Positions 20,411 through 30,378 of a stretch of DNA of 64,000 nt are shown here, one piece after another. The translations under genes were made by a program, and so were the position numbers. Below the pieces are notes generated by a model. The model did not search any database. It was not told the origin of the DNA and worked only from the letters and a program-made list of their open reading frames with translations. Source of the DNA: Alphaproteobacteria bacterium (GTDB lineage: Bacteria > Pseudomonadota > Alphaproteobacteria > Bin95). The stretch's first letter is position 1, and the number at the start of each line of letters is the position of its first letter. The stretch is from NCBI GenBank assembly GCA_965205265.1, contig CBDBGH010000003.1:544001-608000 (forward strand), read 5' to 3'.

Positions 20411-21028
20411 CTAGAATTGCGGGAAGGTCGAGCTGAATGCCTCCATCGCCTCGCAGCGTTCGGCGAGCCTCGCCAGCGCCGGGCAGGCCTCGCGGACCTT
20501 CATCGGCGGGTGCGCGAGGCGCGCGAAGGTGAAGCCGCAGACGGCGGAGATGTCGGCCTGGCTCATCGAATCGCCAACCAGCCAGCCGTCGCCGGCTTCG
20601 GTCGCGAGGCCGTCCAGATACCGGAAGCCGCCGAGCGCACGCTCGCGATTGTGGGCGATCCAGCTTTCTTCGACCTTCTCCTTCGGCCGGAAGCGCGGCT
20701 CATAGACGGCCCAGATGGTCCGGTCCATGGCGCCGACGGCCATGGCGGTGACGCGCATCACGTCGCGCCGCGCCTTGCCGGCGGCCGGGGTCAACCGCTT
20801 GTCGCCGGCCATTTCGTCGAGCGCGTCCAGAATGGCGTAGCTCTCGACCAGTGCCTCGCCGCCGTCGAGCAGCAGGGTCGGGATGCGCAGCAGCGGATTG
20901 TGGGGACGGAGCGAGTCCGGGTCGTCGAAGACCGCGACTGGATCGTGCTCCCAGTCGAGGCCCATCAGGTTCAGGGAGACGGCAACACGGCGGACATAGG
21001 GCGAGCGGGTGGGGCCGAGCAGTTTCAT
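20411..21028 (-). CDS. Glutathione S-transferase family protein
   Basis: SPYVRRV, NPL.RIPTL, ESYAI, SQADI. Confidence 0.85.
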   Translation of the reverse strand: MKLLGPTRSPYVRRVAVSLNLMGLDWEHDPVAVFDDPDSLRPHNPLLRIPTLLLDGGEALVESYAILDALDEMAGDKRLTPAAGKARRDVMRVTAMAVGAMDRTIWAVYEPRFRPKEKVEESWIAHNRERALGGFRYLDGLATEAGDGWLVGDSMSQADISAVCGFTFARLAHPPMKVREACPALARLAERCEAMEAFSSTFPQF

Positions 21029-21182
21029 CGGGCTTGAAGCTCCTGGAGGCGGGGTTAGAGAACCGCACCATAACGCGCTCCGCGGCCCGCCTCCAGACTT
21101 GGGGGGCGCGTTCCGCGCGGGACGGGATGCGTTTTCTCCTCCGGCCCCCAATTTCCGCGTTTACCTCTATATGCTGCTCCTC

Positions 21183-21890
21183 ATGAAGCTGGATCATCTC
21201 ACATGGCCCGAAGTCGAGGCCTATCTCGGCCGGGCCGGCGGCATCCTGCTGCCGGTCGGCTCGACGGAGCAGCACGGGCCCAACGGGCCGCTCGGCACGG
21301 ACGCGCTCTGTCCCGAAGGGGTAGGGCGGGAGGCGGCGGAGCGGCTCGGCGTTCTCGTCGCACCTACGCTCAGGCTCGGCGTCGCACCCTATCACATGGC
21401 CTTTCCGGGGACGATCACGCTCACGCCGGAGACCTTCCAGGCGGTCCTGAAGGAGACCGTCGCCTCGCTCGCCCGGCACGGCTTCGGCCATGTCTATGTG
21501 CTGAACGGGCATGGCGGCAACATTCCCTTCATCCGGGCCGTGCTGAAGGATCTGGAGGCGCCCCGCTGCCGGCTTCACAGCTGGTTCGCCGGGCCGCGGG
21601 TGCGCGCGCTCGCAAAGCAGCTTTACGGCAAGGCGGAGGGCCTGCATGCCACGCCGTCGGAAATCGCGCTCGCCTGGCATGTCGCGCCCGAGACCCGGCG
21701 CGAGAATGTGGCCATGACGCCGAAGCGCGCGCCCGGCGGTTTCGAGAAGGAGCCGGACGCCTTCCGGGCGCGCTTCCCGGACGGGCGCATCGGCTCCGAG
21801 GCCGCGCTCGCCCGCGCCGAGGACGGGGCCAGGCTGCTGGCAGCGGCCGTGGAGGACGTGATCGAGGACTACCGCGCCTTCACCGCGTAA
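21183..21890 (+). CDS. Creatininase family protein
   Basis: GSTEQHG, NGHGGN, HA..SE. Confidence 0.85.
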   Translation: MKLDHLTWPEVEAYLGRAGGILLPVGSTEQHGPNGPLGTDALCPEGVGREAAERLGVLVAPTLRLGVAPYHMAFPGTITLTPETFQAVLKETVASLARHGFGHVYVLNGHGGNIPFIRAVLKDLEAPRCRLHSWFAGPRVRALAKQLYGKAEGLHATPSEIALAWHVAPETRRENVAMTPKRAPGGFEKEPDAFRARFPDGRIGSEAALARAEDGARLLAAAVEDVIEDYRAFTA

Positions 21891-23070
21891 TTGCGCCCTC
21901 GGCCTCCAGCGCGCCGATCTCCGCTTCGTCGAAACCGGCCTCGGCCAGGATTTCGCCAGTGTGCTCGCCGACGGCCGGGGGCTGGCGGCGGAGGCCGAAA
22001 TCGTGGTCGCCGATCTCGACCGGCAGGCGCGGCAGCCGCGTCGCCGGGCCGCCCGGAAGCTGCACATCCAGCAGCCGCCCTTCATGGTTGAGTTGCGGGT
22101 CGTCGAACAGATGCACCGGCTTCGCCACCGGGGAGAAGGGCACGGCGATTTCCTCCAGTATGACGGTCATCTCGGCGAGCGTGCACGCCCTGACGGTTTC
22201 CGCGATGCGCGCGGCGATGCGGTCCCCCTCGACCACGCGGCTCTCATTGGTGGCGTTGCGCGGGTCGGCAAGTTCGTCCGCCCAGCCGAAATGCTCGCAC
22301 CAGGCGCGCCAGTGGTTGTCGCTGGTGATGCCGATGAACACCTGCTCGCCGTCGCCGGTCTCGAAGGTTTCGTAAATCGCCCAGGCACGGGCGCGGGCCG
22401 GCATGGGCTGCGGCTCGCGGCCGGTCGCGCTGATGCCGGCCATGTGCTGCGACATGAGGAAGGCGGTCGATTCGAACAGCGCGGATTTCACCAACTGCCC
22501 CCTGCCGGTCGCCTCGCGCTCTTTCAGCGCGCAGAGTATGCCGATGACCGCATAGCTGCCGCCCATGATGTCGATGATCGAGGTGCCGGCGCGCAGCGGC
22601 CGGCCGGGCGGGCCGGTCATGTAGGCAAGCCCGGCCATGAACTGCACCACCTCGTCGAGCGCCGGCCGGTTCTCATAGGGTCCGGAGAGGAAGCCCTTGA
22701 GCGAGGCGAAGACGAGGCGCGGATTGATTTGGCTCAGCGTCTCCCAGCCGCAGCCGAGCCGCTCCATGGTGCCGGGCGCGTAGTTCTCGATGATGACATC
22801 GACGCCCGCGGCGAGCCGGTGGACAACATCGCGGCCGCGCTCCGACTTGAGATCGACGGCGAGCGAGCGCTTGTTGCGGTTGAAGCCGCCGAAGAACCCG
22901 GCGGCGAAACCCGGCAGCCGGCGCGTCTTGTCGCCGTCCGGCGCCGGCTCGACCTTGATGACGTCCGCGCCGAGATCGGCGAGCACGAGGCCGCAGCTCG
23001 GCCCCATGATCGTCTGGCAGAACTCCAGCACCCGGATGCCGGCGAGCGGGAGCGGGACATTCTCGGTCAT
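21880..23070 (-). CDS. Family III (CaiB/BaiF) CoA-transferase
   Basis: LAGIRVLE, LADLGADVIKVE, NRNKRS, IIDIMGG (catalytic Asp). Confidence 0.9.
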   Translation of the reverse strand: MTENVPLPLAGIRVLEFCQTIMGPSCGLVLADLGADVIKVEPAPDGDKTRRLPGFAAGFFGGFNRNKRSLAVDLKSERGRDVVHRLAAGVDVIIENYAPGTMERLGCGWETLSQINPRLVFASLKGFLSGPYENRPALDEVVQFMAGLAYMTGPPGRPLRAGTSIIDIMGGSYAVIGILCALKEREATGRGQLVKSALFESTAFLMSQHMAGISATGREPQPMPARARAWAIYETFETGDGEQVFIGITSDNHWRAWCEHFGWADELADPRNATNESRVVEGDRIAARIAETVRACTLAEMTVILEEIAVPFSPVAKPVHLFDDPQLNHEGRLLDVQLPGGPATRLPRLPVEIGDHDFGLRRQPPAVGEHTGEILAEAGFDEAEIGALEAEGAITR

Positions 23071-23180
23071 CGGTCGCGAACCCTGCGTTTCGGGAATCGG
23101 AGCAGAGACTATGGGCCATTCCCGCCCCGGCCAAGAGAGGGGCTGCTCGCCTGGCCGGCAAAGGTCGAAGGCGGCGTTCG

Positions 23181-23219
23181 TGAATGAAATCCATTCACGC
23201 CATGAATGGATTTCATTCA
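23181..23219. promoter_or_regulatory. Perfect 17-bp inverted repeat in a divergent intergenic region (candidate operator)
   Basis: TGAATGAAATCCATTCA-cgcca-TGAATGGATTTCATTCA. Confidence 0.5.
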
Positions 23220-23371
23220 TTTGGACCCTTTGATCGACAATCTATTTGGGCATCAAGAGTGACAGACGTAACCGCGGCGCTCTTGTCATGGCGTGACGCC
23301 GGGGCGATGCTGCGTTATCCGTTCCGGCAGACGCCTCCCTTCCCGATGTTCGCCTCGTCCTTCTCCAGCCC

Positions 23372-24349
23372 ATGCGCGTGATCCTCTGCCGCGAGTTCGG
23401 CTCGCCCGATATACTGACCGTCGAGGAGCGGCCCGACCCGGAGCCGGGCATGGGCGAGGTGCTCGTCCGGCAGGAGGCCTGGGGCGTCAGCTATGTCGAT
23501 GCGCTGATGGTGGCCGGCGGCTACCAGCTCAAGCCCGACCTGCCCTTCGTGCCGGGGCTGGAAGCCGCCGGCACGGTTGTCGAGACCGGCTTCGGCAGCA
23601 ATGTCTTCGAGCCGGGCGACCGCGTGGTGGTGAGCCACCGGCCGGGCGCCTTCGCGGAACTGGCGGCAGTGACCGTCGACCGCGTGCGGCCGGCGCCTCC
23701 GGAGCTGGACATGGCGGAAGCCGCCGTGTTCCGGTCCGCCTACCACACCGCCCTGCATGCGCTGTTGCAGCGCGGCCGGCTGGCGCCGGGCGAGACCGTA
23801 CTGGTGCTGGGCGCGGCAGGCGGCGTCGGCATGGCGGCCGTTCATTGCGCCAGGCGCCTGGGCGCGCGGGTGATCGCCGCCGCGGCCGGAGAGGAGAAGC
23901 TGGCCGCACTCCGCAGGCAGGGGGCGGATGTCGTCATCGATTATCGCGAAGGTTTCCGCTCAGCGGTGCTGGCCGCCACGGGCGGGCGCGGCGTCGATGT
24001 CGTTTACGACCCCGTGGGCGGCGACGCCTTCGACGAGGCGATGCGTGCGACGGCCTGGGGCGGGCGCATCCTCGCTATCGGATTCACGAGCGGCCGCCGG
24101 CCGGTCGCCAAGGTGAACCACATCCTCATCAAGGGCGCCGAGGTGATCGGCGTGCGCGCGGGCGAAGCGGGCCGCCGCGACCCGAGCCTGCCCGAAGAGA
24201 CCTGGCGCTACCTGACCCGTTGGATTTCCGGGGATGGGCTGAGGCCGCATATCGGCCACCGTATCCCGTTTTCCCACGCGGCCGAGGCGCTGCAACTGGT
24301 GCTCGACCGCAAGGTCATCGGAAAGGCGGTGCTGGTCCCCGATGGCTGA
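23372..24349 (+). CDS. NADPH:quinone oxidoreductase (MDR family)
   Basis: PF.PGLE.AG, GAAGGVG, GVDVVYDPVGG. Confidence 0.9.
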   Translation: MRVILCREFGSPDILTVEERPDPEPGMGEVLVRQEAWGVSYVDALMVAGGYQLKPDLPFVPGLEAAGTVVETGFGSNVFEPGDRVVVSHRPGAFAELAAVTVDRVRPAPPELDMAEAAVFRSAYHTALHALLQRGRLAPGETVLVLGAAGGVGMAAVHCARRLGARVIAAAAGEEKLAALRRQGADVVIDYREGFRSAVLAATGGRGVDVVYDPVGGDAFDEAMRATAWGGRILAIGFTSGRRPVAKVNHILIKGAEVIGVRAGEAGRRDPSLPEETWRYLTRWISGDGLRPHIGHRIPFSHAAEALQLVLDRKVIGKAVLVPDG

Positions 24350-24426
24350 GCTGTCTTGCAGCCCCCGGCAAAACGCTGGAATTGTGCCGCTGCCTGCGCA
24401 GTGAAGAGAGAAAGGCGCGCTCCGCG

Positions 24427-26718
24427 ATGACGCTTCCGCTCGACGGCATTACCGTTCTCGACCTCACCTCCGGCGCTGCCGGCGCCTTCGCCGGGATGCT
24501 GCTGGGCGACTCGGGCGCGCGGGTGCTTCGCTGTGTCCATGCGGCGGCGCCCCTGCATCGCGGCGGCGGTTTCACCGTCTGGGACCGGGGCAAGGAAGCT
24601 TTCGACTGGGACCCGGAAGCGGCCGGCGCGGAGAGCGAGCTCGAGCGCCTGGTGCCCGGCGCAGACGTGCTGTTGCAGGATTTCGCGCCGGCTGCGCCCC
24701 AGCAGGCGATGTTCGAGCCGGCGAAGCTTCTGGCGCCGAACCCGCGTCTCGTCGCCTGCTCGATCACGGCATACGGCATGCAGGGCCGGTGGCGGGACGA
24801 CCCGCCGGTGGACGATCTGGTCATGGCGCGCGCGGGCGTGCTTGCGGGCATGCCGGGCTTCCGGCCGGCGCCGGTGCATGTGCCGCATCCGCTGCCGAGC
24901 ACCGGGGCGGCGCTGTTCGCCTGCATCGGCGCGGCGGCGGGCCTGCTTGCGCGCGAGAGCACCGGCCGCGGCCGCATCGTCGAGACCTCCCTGCTGGCGG
25001 GCGCGCTGCTGTTCCACCCGAAGGTGGTGGCGGAAGGCATCCCGCCGCTCGTGTTCCAGACCCACCCTTCGGGAAGCGCGCCCTTCTACAGCCTCTATGA
25101 ATGTGCGGACGGCGAATACATCCAGCTCGGCTGCGTGCATGCGCGCTTCATCGACCGCGCATCCGAGATCATGGGGATCGGCGCGCTCGTCTCGGAGCCC
25201 CGGTTCGACAATGTGCGCAGGGGCGACGGGATGACGGAGGAAGAGGAGCTTCGCGCCGCGATTGCCGGGGCGATGAAGACGCGCAACGCTGCGGACTGGG
25301 CCGCCGATTTCGAAGCCGCCGACGTGCCCTTCGCGCCCGTCCGCCAGGGCAATATCGTCCTTGAGGACCCCCAGATACATCACAATGCCATGGTGCTCGC
25401 GCTGGAAGACCCCGCCGTCGGCGCGACGGTGCAGATGGGGGCGCCGATCCGCTTCGCCGAGACGCCGGCTGACCCCAAGCCGCGCGCCGCCGTCGCCGGC
25501 CCGCTCCCGGACCTCCCGCCGCTGGCGGCGGGGGCTGCGCCGGCGGCCGACGGTGCCGAAGACCCGGCGCCGCTGGCGGGCGTGCGCGTGCTGGAGATCA
25601 CCAATCTCATCGCCGGGCCGACGGGCGGGCGCCTGCTGGCCGATCTCGGCGCCGACGTCATCAAGCTGGAGCCGCCGGGCGGCGACATCTCACGGCCCAT
25701 CGGGCGCAACTACTTCTACAACCTGAACTTCAACAAGCGCTCGCTCTGCGTTGACGCGCGCAAGCCGGGCGGCAGGGAGGCGATCCAGCGCGTGGCGGCA
25801 AGCTGCGACATGATGCTCGCCAATCTCCGGCCCGGCGCGACGCACCGCATGGGCATCGGCGCGCATGTCGATCCGGAACTCATCGAGACCCATGTCACCG
25901 GCTACGGCCTGACCGGCCCCTATGCGAAGCGGCCCGGGATCGACCCGCTGGCGCAGGCGCTGATGGGCCTCTCCCGCGCGCAGGGCGGCAGCGGCAACCC
26001 GCCGTCCTTCGCCGCCCAGCTGGCGCCGACGGACTTCACGGCCGGCGCCATGGCCACGCTCGGCTCGATCGTGGCGCTCTACGCGCGGCGGCGGGGCCGG
26101 GCCTCGCGGCGGGTGGACAGCAACCTGCTCAATGCCGCCGTGGTGCTGAGTTCGCCCTGGTTCGGGACATGGCGGCGCAAGCCGGAACGGCCGCTCGCCG
26201 ATTCGGGCCAGCACGGCATCGACGCCTTCCACCGGCTCTACCGGACTGCCGACGGCTGGATCTATGTCGCTGCGGACACGGAGAAGGCGCGGGCGGCGCT
26301 GACAGGCGCGCTCGGGCTCGGCGCGCTCGACCCGGTCGGCGGCGGGCACCCGGCCGAATCGCCGCTCGCCCGCGCCCTGGAAGCGGCCTTCGCCGACCGC
26401 CGCCTGGAAGACGCGGTGGCATCGCTGGAGGGGGCCGGCGTGCCGGCCGTTGAAGCGCGGAGCGGGGCGAGCGAGATTTTCCTCGACGACGAGACCGCGC
26501 ACGCAAACGGGCTGGTGACGGAAGCCCGGCATCCGACGGCCGGCCGGATGCGGATCGCCTGGAACTATATCGGCTTCCGGGATACCGCGCCGTCGCGCGC
26601 CCGCCCGACGCCGCTGCTGGGCGAGCACAGCGCCGACGTGCTGGCCGAAGCCGGACTCGAAGAGGGCGAGATCGAGGCGCTGTTCGCCTCGGGCGCCGTG
26701 CTTGCGGAGCGCGGCTAG
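24427..26718 (+). CDS. Two-domain family III CoA-transferase
   Basis: Two CaiB-like halves: PLDGITVLD...WDRGK and PLAGVRVLE...ADLGADVIKLE...NFNKRS. Confidence 0.85.
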   Translation: MTLPLDGITVLDLTSGAAGAFAGMLLGDSGARVLRCVHAAAPLHRGGGFTVWDRGKEAFDWDPEAAGAESELERLVPGADVLLQDFAPAAPQQAMFEPAKLLAPNPRLVACSITAYGMQGRWRDDPPVDDLVMARAGVLAGMPGFRPAPVHVPHPLPSTGAALFACIGAAAGLLARESTGRGRIVETSLLAGALLFHPKVVAEGIPPLVFQTHPSGSAPFYSLYECADGEYIQLGCVHARFIDRASEIMGIGALVSEPRFDNVRRGDGMTEEEELRAAIAGAMKTRNAADWAADFEAADVPFAPVRQGNIVLEDPQIHHNAMVLALEDPAVGATVQMGAPIRFAETPADPKPRAAVAGPLPDLPPLAAGAAPAADGAEDPAPLAGVRVLEITNLIAGPTGGRLLADLGADVIKLEPPGGDISRPIGRNYFYNLNFNKRSLCVDARKPGGREAIQRVAASCDMMLANLRPGATHRMGIGAHVDPELIETHVTGYGLTGPYAKRPGIDPLAQALMGLSRAQGGSGNPPSFAAQLAPTDFTAGAMATLGSIVALYARRRGRASRRVDSNLLNAAVVLSSPWFGTWRRKPERPLADSGQHGIDAFHRLYRTADGWIYVAADTEKARAALTGALGLGALDPVGGGHPAESPLARALEAAFADRRLEDAVASLEGAGVPAVEARSGASEIFLDDETAHANGLVTEARHPTAGRMRIAWNYIGFRDTAPSRARPTPLLGEHSADVLAEAGLEEGEIEALFASGAVLAERG

Positions 26719-27887
26719 GCGGCCCTGGCGGTCTGCCGTTCGCGGAAGGGCGCCATCACCTCCTTGCCGAAGTGTTCGAGCTGCTCGAGCATCACCGAGA
26801 GCGGCGTGCCCATGCTGGATTGGACATTGACGTCCTCCAGTCCCGGATATTTGGCCTGCAGCGACTCCAGATAGTCGATGAAGCCTTCCGGCGGCCCGCA
26901 ATACCAGGAGCCGGCCTCGACCGCCCGCTCCAGCGTCGGGATGTTCATCTCGGCCCAGTCGCCGCGCTCGCTCACCCGCTGCAATTGTTCGGGCTTCATC
27001 GGCACCATGCCGAGCGGCGCGAACATCTTGACGTGCTCCTCGAAATAGGGCGTGGCCTCCCGGATTGCCTTTTCCTTCGTCTCGGCGATATGGAAGTTCA
27101 GGCCGATGCAGAGGTTCTCGCCGATCTCGACATCGTGTCCGGCGCGCTCCCAGGCCTCCTTGAAGGCGACGATCGGCCGCTCCGCCATCAGCGCCGAGCC
27201 GCCGCCGACAATGCCCTTGATGCCGTGCTTCGCCATGAAGTCGAGCCCGCGCGGCTGGGCGCTCACGATCGGCTGCCAGCACTCCACGGGCCGGTTGACC
27301 GGGCGCGGGACCAGCGTGATCTCGTCCAGCTCGTAGCCCCGATAGGGCACGCGCGGGGGCAGGGTATAATACTTGCCGTCGTGCCGGAACGACTCCTCGT
27401 GGAAGGAGCGGAGCACGATCTCCACCTGTTCCTCGAACATGTCGCGGTTGGCGTCGCCGTCGATCAGCACGCCGCCCAGCGTCTCGACCTCGCGGGTGTG
27501 GTAGCCGCGCCCGACGCCGAAGATCACCCGGCCCCCGGTCAGGATGTCGGCGGTGGCGAAGTCCTCCGCGAGCCGCAGCGGATGCCACATGGTGGTGACG
27601 TTGAAGCCGCAGCCGAAGCGCAGCCGCTCGGTCTTCGCGGCCAGATGCACGAAGAACAAGGGCAGGTTCGGGATGCACTCATAGCCTTCATGCTGGAAAT
27701 GGTGCTCGGCCAGCCAGAAGGCGTCGTAGCCGAGCCTGTCCATGGCGACGGCCATCGCCTCGGTCTTGGCGAAGACGGTGGCCAGCCGGTCGTTGTCGTA
27801 GCGCCGGTCGTTCGCCGGCGTGGCGTCCTGGCCCATGTCGTCCAGGTCGATATGCCCGGCAAACAGGCTTCCGAAGCGCTTGATCAC
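26715..27887 (-). CDS. LLM class flavin-dependent oxidoreductase
   Basis: WLAEHHF, HPLRLAED, GVGRGY. Confidence 0.9.
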   Translation of the reverse strand: MIKRFGSLFAGHIDLDDMGQDATPANDRRYDNDRLATVFAKTEAMAVAMDRLGYDAFWLAEHHFQHEGYECIPNLPLFFVHLAAKTERLRFGCGFNVTTMWHPLRLAEDFATADILTGGRVIFGVGRGYHTREVETLGGVLIDGDANRDMFEEQVEIVLRSFHEESFRHDGKYYTLPPRVPYRGYELDEITLVPRPVNRPVECWQPIVSAQPRGLDFMAKHGIKGIVGGGSALMAERPIVAFKEAWERAGHDVEIGENLCIGLNFHIAETKEKAIREATPYFEEHVKMFAPLGMVPMKPEQLQRVSERGDWAEMNIPTLERAVEAGSWYCGPPEGFIDYLESLQAKYPGLEDVNVQSSMGTPLSVMLEQLEHFGKEVMAPFRERQTARAA

Positions 27888-27981
27888 AGTCTCGTTCCTC
27901 CGTCGCGTCCAGCGGAATGGGTGCCCGGCGGCGATGATACAGATGCAAGGCCCGCCGCAGAAGCCGGGCCGCCTCCGCCTC

Positions 27982-29058
27982 TCACTCCATCACGATACGC
28001 GGCGCGGCCGGGCCGGTTGCGCGGCGGCTTTCGACCTCCTGCCAGAGGCGGGCGGCGATGTCGCGGAAGGCGCGGCCCGAAGGGGAGGCGTCGTCGTCGG
28101 CTGCGGGCTCGCCGGCGTCGCAGCGTTCCCGAAGCTCCAGCGCCAGCGGCACTTCGCCGAGGAACGGGGCGCCGAGCTTCTCCGCCTCCGCGCGTGCGCC
28201 GCCCGCGCCGAAGATGTGCGTGCCTTCGCCGCAATGCGGGCAGACGAACACCGACATGTTCTCGACCAGCCCCAGCACCGGCACCTCGACCTTGCGGAAC
28301 ATGGCGATGCCGCGCCGGGCGTCCAGCAGCGCGATGTCCTGCGGCGTCGAGACGATCACCGCGCCGGTCAGCGGCACGCGCTGGGAGAGCGTCAGCTGCG
28401 CATCGCCCGTGCCCGGCGGCATGTCGATCAGCAGGATGTCGAGCGCCCCCCAGGCGACATCGCCAACGAGCTGCTGCACGGCGCTCATCACCATCGGCCC
28501 GCGCCAGATCATCGCCGTCTCCTCGGAGACCAGGAAGCCGATCGACATGCAGGCCACGCCCCATTGCCGCATCGGCAGCAGCGTCTTGTCGCGGTCCAGC
28601 GCGGGCTTGCCGGAAATGCCCATCATGCGCGGCAGCGAGGGCCCGTAGATGTCGCTGTCCATCAGGCCAACGGCGAGGCCCTGCCGGGCGAGCGCCACGG
28701 CGAGATTGACGGCGACCGTGGACTTGCCGACCCCGCCCTTGCCGGAGGCGACGGCCACGACGGCGCTGACGCCCGGCAGCTCGATCCGTCCCTGGCCGCG
28801 ACTGCCGCCGGCGCCCGGGGGCGGCGGGGCGGCGGCGCGCTCGGCGGTCAGCACGACGGCGGCGCTGGTGACGCCCGGCAGGCGGGAAAGCGCGGCCTCG
28901 ACGGCCTGGCGCTCGGTTCCGGCTTCCTCCGCCCGGCCGGGCTCCACCTCCAGCGAGACCTGCACCGCGCCGTCCTTCGCCGCGACGCCGCCCACGCGCC
29001 CGATGCGCGCCACGGCCTCCGCGGCGGCGCGGATTTCCGCTTCGGTCGGTCCGGCCAT
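27982..29058 (-). CDS. apbC: Mrp/NBP35 Fe-S cluster carrier ATPase
   Basis: SGKGGVGKST, DMPPGTGD, ENMS...CPHC. Confidence 0.92.
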   Translation of the reverse strand: MAGPTEAEIRAAAEAVARIGRVGGVAAKDGAVQVSLEVEPGRAEEAGTERQAVEAALSRLPGVTSAAVVLTAERAAAPPPPGAGGSRGQGRIELPGVSAVVAVASGKGGVGKSTVAVNLAVALARQGLAVGLMDSDIYGPSLPRMMGISGKPALDRDKTLLPMRQWGVACMSIGFLVSEETAMIWRGPMVMSAVQQLVGDVAWGALDILLIDMPPGTGDAQLTLSQRVPLTGAVIVSTPQDIALLDARRGIAMFRKVEVPVLGLVENMSVFVCPHCGEGTHIFGAGGARAEAEKLGAPFLGEVPLALELRERCDAGEPAADDDASPSGRAFRDIAARLWQEVESRRATGPAAPRIVME

Positions 29059-29187
29059 CGGCGCTCAACACCTCCGCGAGGGGTATCGGAATGCGCGGCC
29101 CCATTCCAACGCAGGACGCCCTGTTCTATAAGGCGCCCATGCGGGAAATCGGCGGTCGCGCGCAGAACGGCAACGAGAGGTAGGCCC

Positions 29188-30378
29188 ATGCCCTGGCAGA
29201 ATCAAGGCGGAGGCGGCGGCGGCCCGTGGGGCGGCGGCGGCGGTGGCGGTCCCTGGGGCGGCGGCGGTGGCGGCGGCCCCTGGGGCGGCGGCGGTGGCGG
29301 CAACCAGGGCGGTGGCGGAGGCTGGGGCGGGGGACGCGGCCCCGGCGGCGGCCCGCAGGCTCCCAATGTCGAGGAGGCGATCCGGCGCCTGCAGGACTGG
29401 CTGCGCCGGCGCATGCCGGGCGGCGGGGCCGGCGGCCGCGGCGGGCGCATCGGCATCCTGCTGGTCGTCGTGGTGCTGCTCGCCGTCTGGGTGCTGAGCG
29501 GCTTCTACCGCGTGCAGACGGACGAGCAGGGCGTCGTGCTGCGCTTCGGCGAGCGCGTCGGCACCACCACGCCCGGCCTCAACTACCATCTGCCCTATCC
29601 CATCGAGACGGTCGAAACGCCGAAGGTGACGCGGGTCAACCGCGTCGAGGTCGGCTTCCGCAGCGCCGAGGAGGCGCTGATGCTGACCGGCGACGAGAAC
29701 ATCGTCGATATCAACTTCGTCGTCTTCTGGATCATCAAGGACGCCGGCGACTACCTGTTCAATGTGCGCGAGCCGGAACGCTCGGTTAAGGCGGCGTCCG
29801 AGAGCGTGATGCGCGAGATCGTCGGGCAGACGCCCATCGCCGCCGCGCTCGCCGAGGGTCGCGGCCAGATCGAGGACAAGGTCAAGGCCGGCGTGCAGGG
29901 CATCCTGGACAGCTACAAAACCGGCATCGAGATCACCAATGTGCAGCTCCTCAAGGTCGATCCGCCGAACCAGGTGGTGGACGCCTTCCGCGACGTGCAG
30001 CGCGCCCGCGCGGATCAGGAGCGGCTGCGCAACGAGGCGGAGGCTTACGCCAACGACATCATCCCCCGCGCGCGCGGCGAGGCGGAGCGGCTGGTGCAGG
30101 AGGCGGAGGCCTACAAGCAGGAGGTCGTGGCGCGCTCGGAAGGCGACGCCCAGCGCTTCACCCAGGTCTATACGGCCTTCAGGGCCGCCAAGGACGTGAC
30201 CACCAAGCGCATCTATCTGGAGACGATGGAAGAGATCTTCGCCAACGCCGAGAAATACGTCATCGACCAGGGCGGCGGCGCGTCCGGGGTCGTGCCCTAT
30301 CTGCCGCTGCCGGAGGTGCAGAAGCGGATCAAGGCGAATGAAGCCGGGGCGCAATCCAACACGGGAGACCTGCAATGA
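29188..30378 (+). CDS. hflK: FtsH protease modulator HflK
   Basis: MPW..Gly-rich N-terminus, LMLTGDENIVD, RIYLETME. Confidence 0.95.
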   Translation: MPWQNQGGGGGGPWGGGGGGGPWGGGGGGGPWGGGGGGNQGGGGGWGGGRGPGGGPQAPNVEEAIRRLQDWLRRRMPGGGAGGRGGRIGILLVVVVLLAVWVLSGFYRVQTDEQGVVLRFGERVGTTTPGLNYHLPYPIETVETPKVTRVNRVEVGFRSAEEALMLTGDENIVDINFVVFWIIKDAGDYLFNVREPERSVKAASESVMREIVGQTPIAAALAEGRGQIEDKVKAGVQGILDSYKTGIEITNVQLLKVDPPNQVVDAFRDVQRARADQERLRNEAEAYANDIIPRARGEAERLVQEAEAYKQEVVARSEGDAQRFTQVYTAFRAAKDVTTKRIYLETMEEIFANAEKYVIDQGGGASGVVPYLPLPEVQKRIKANEAGAQSNTGDLQ

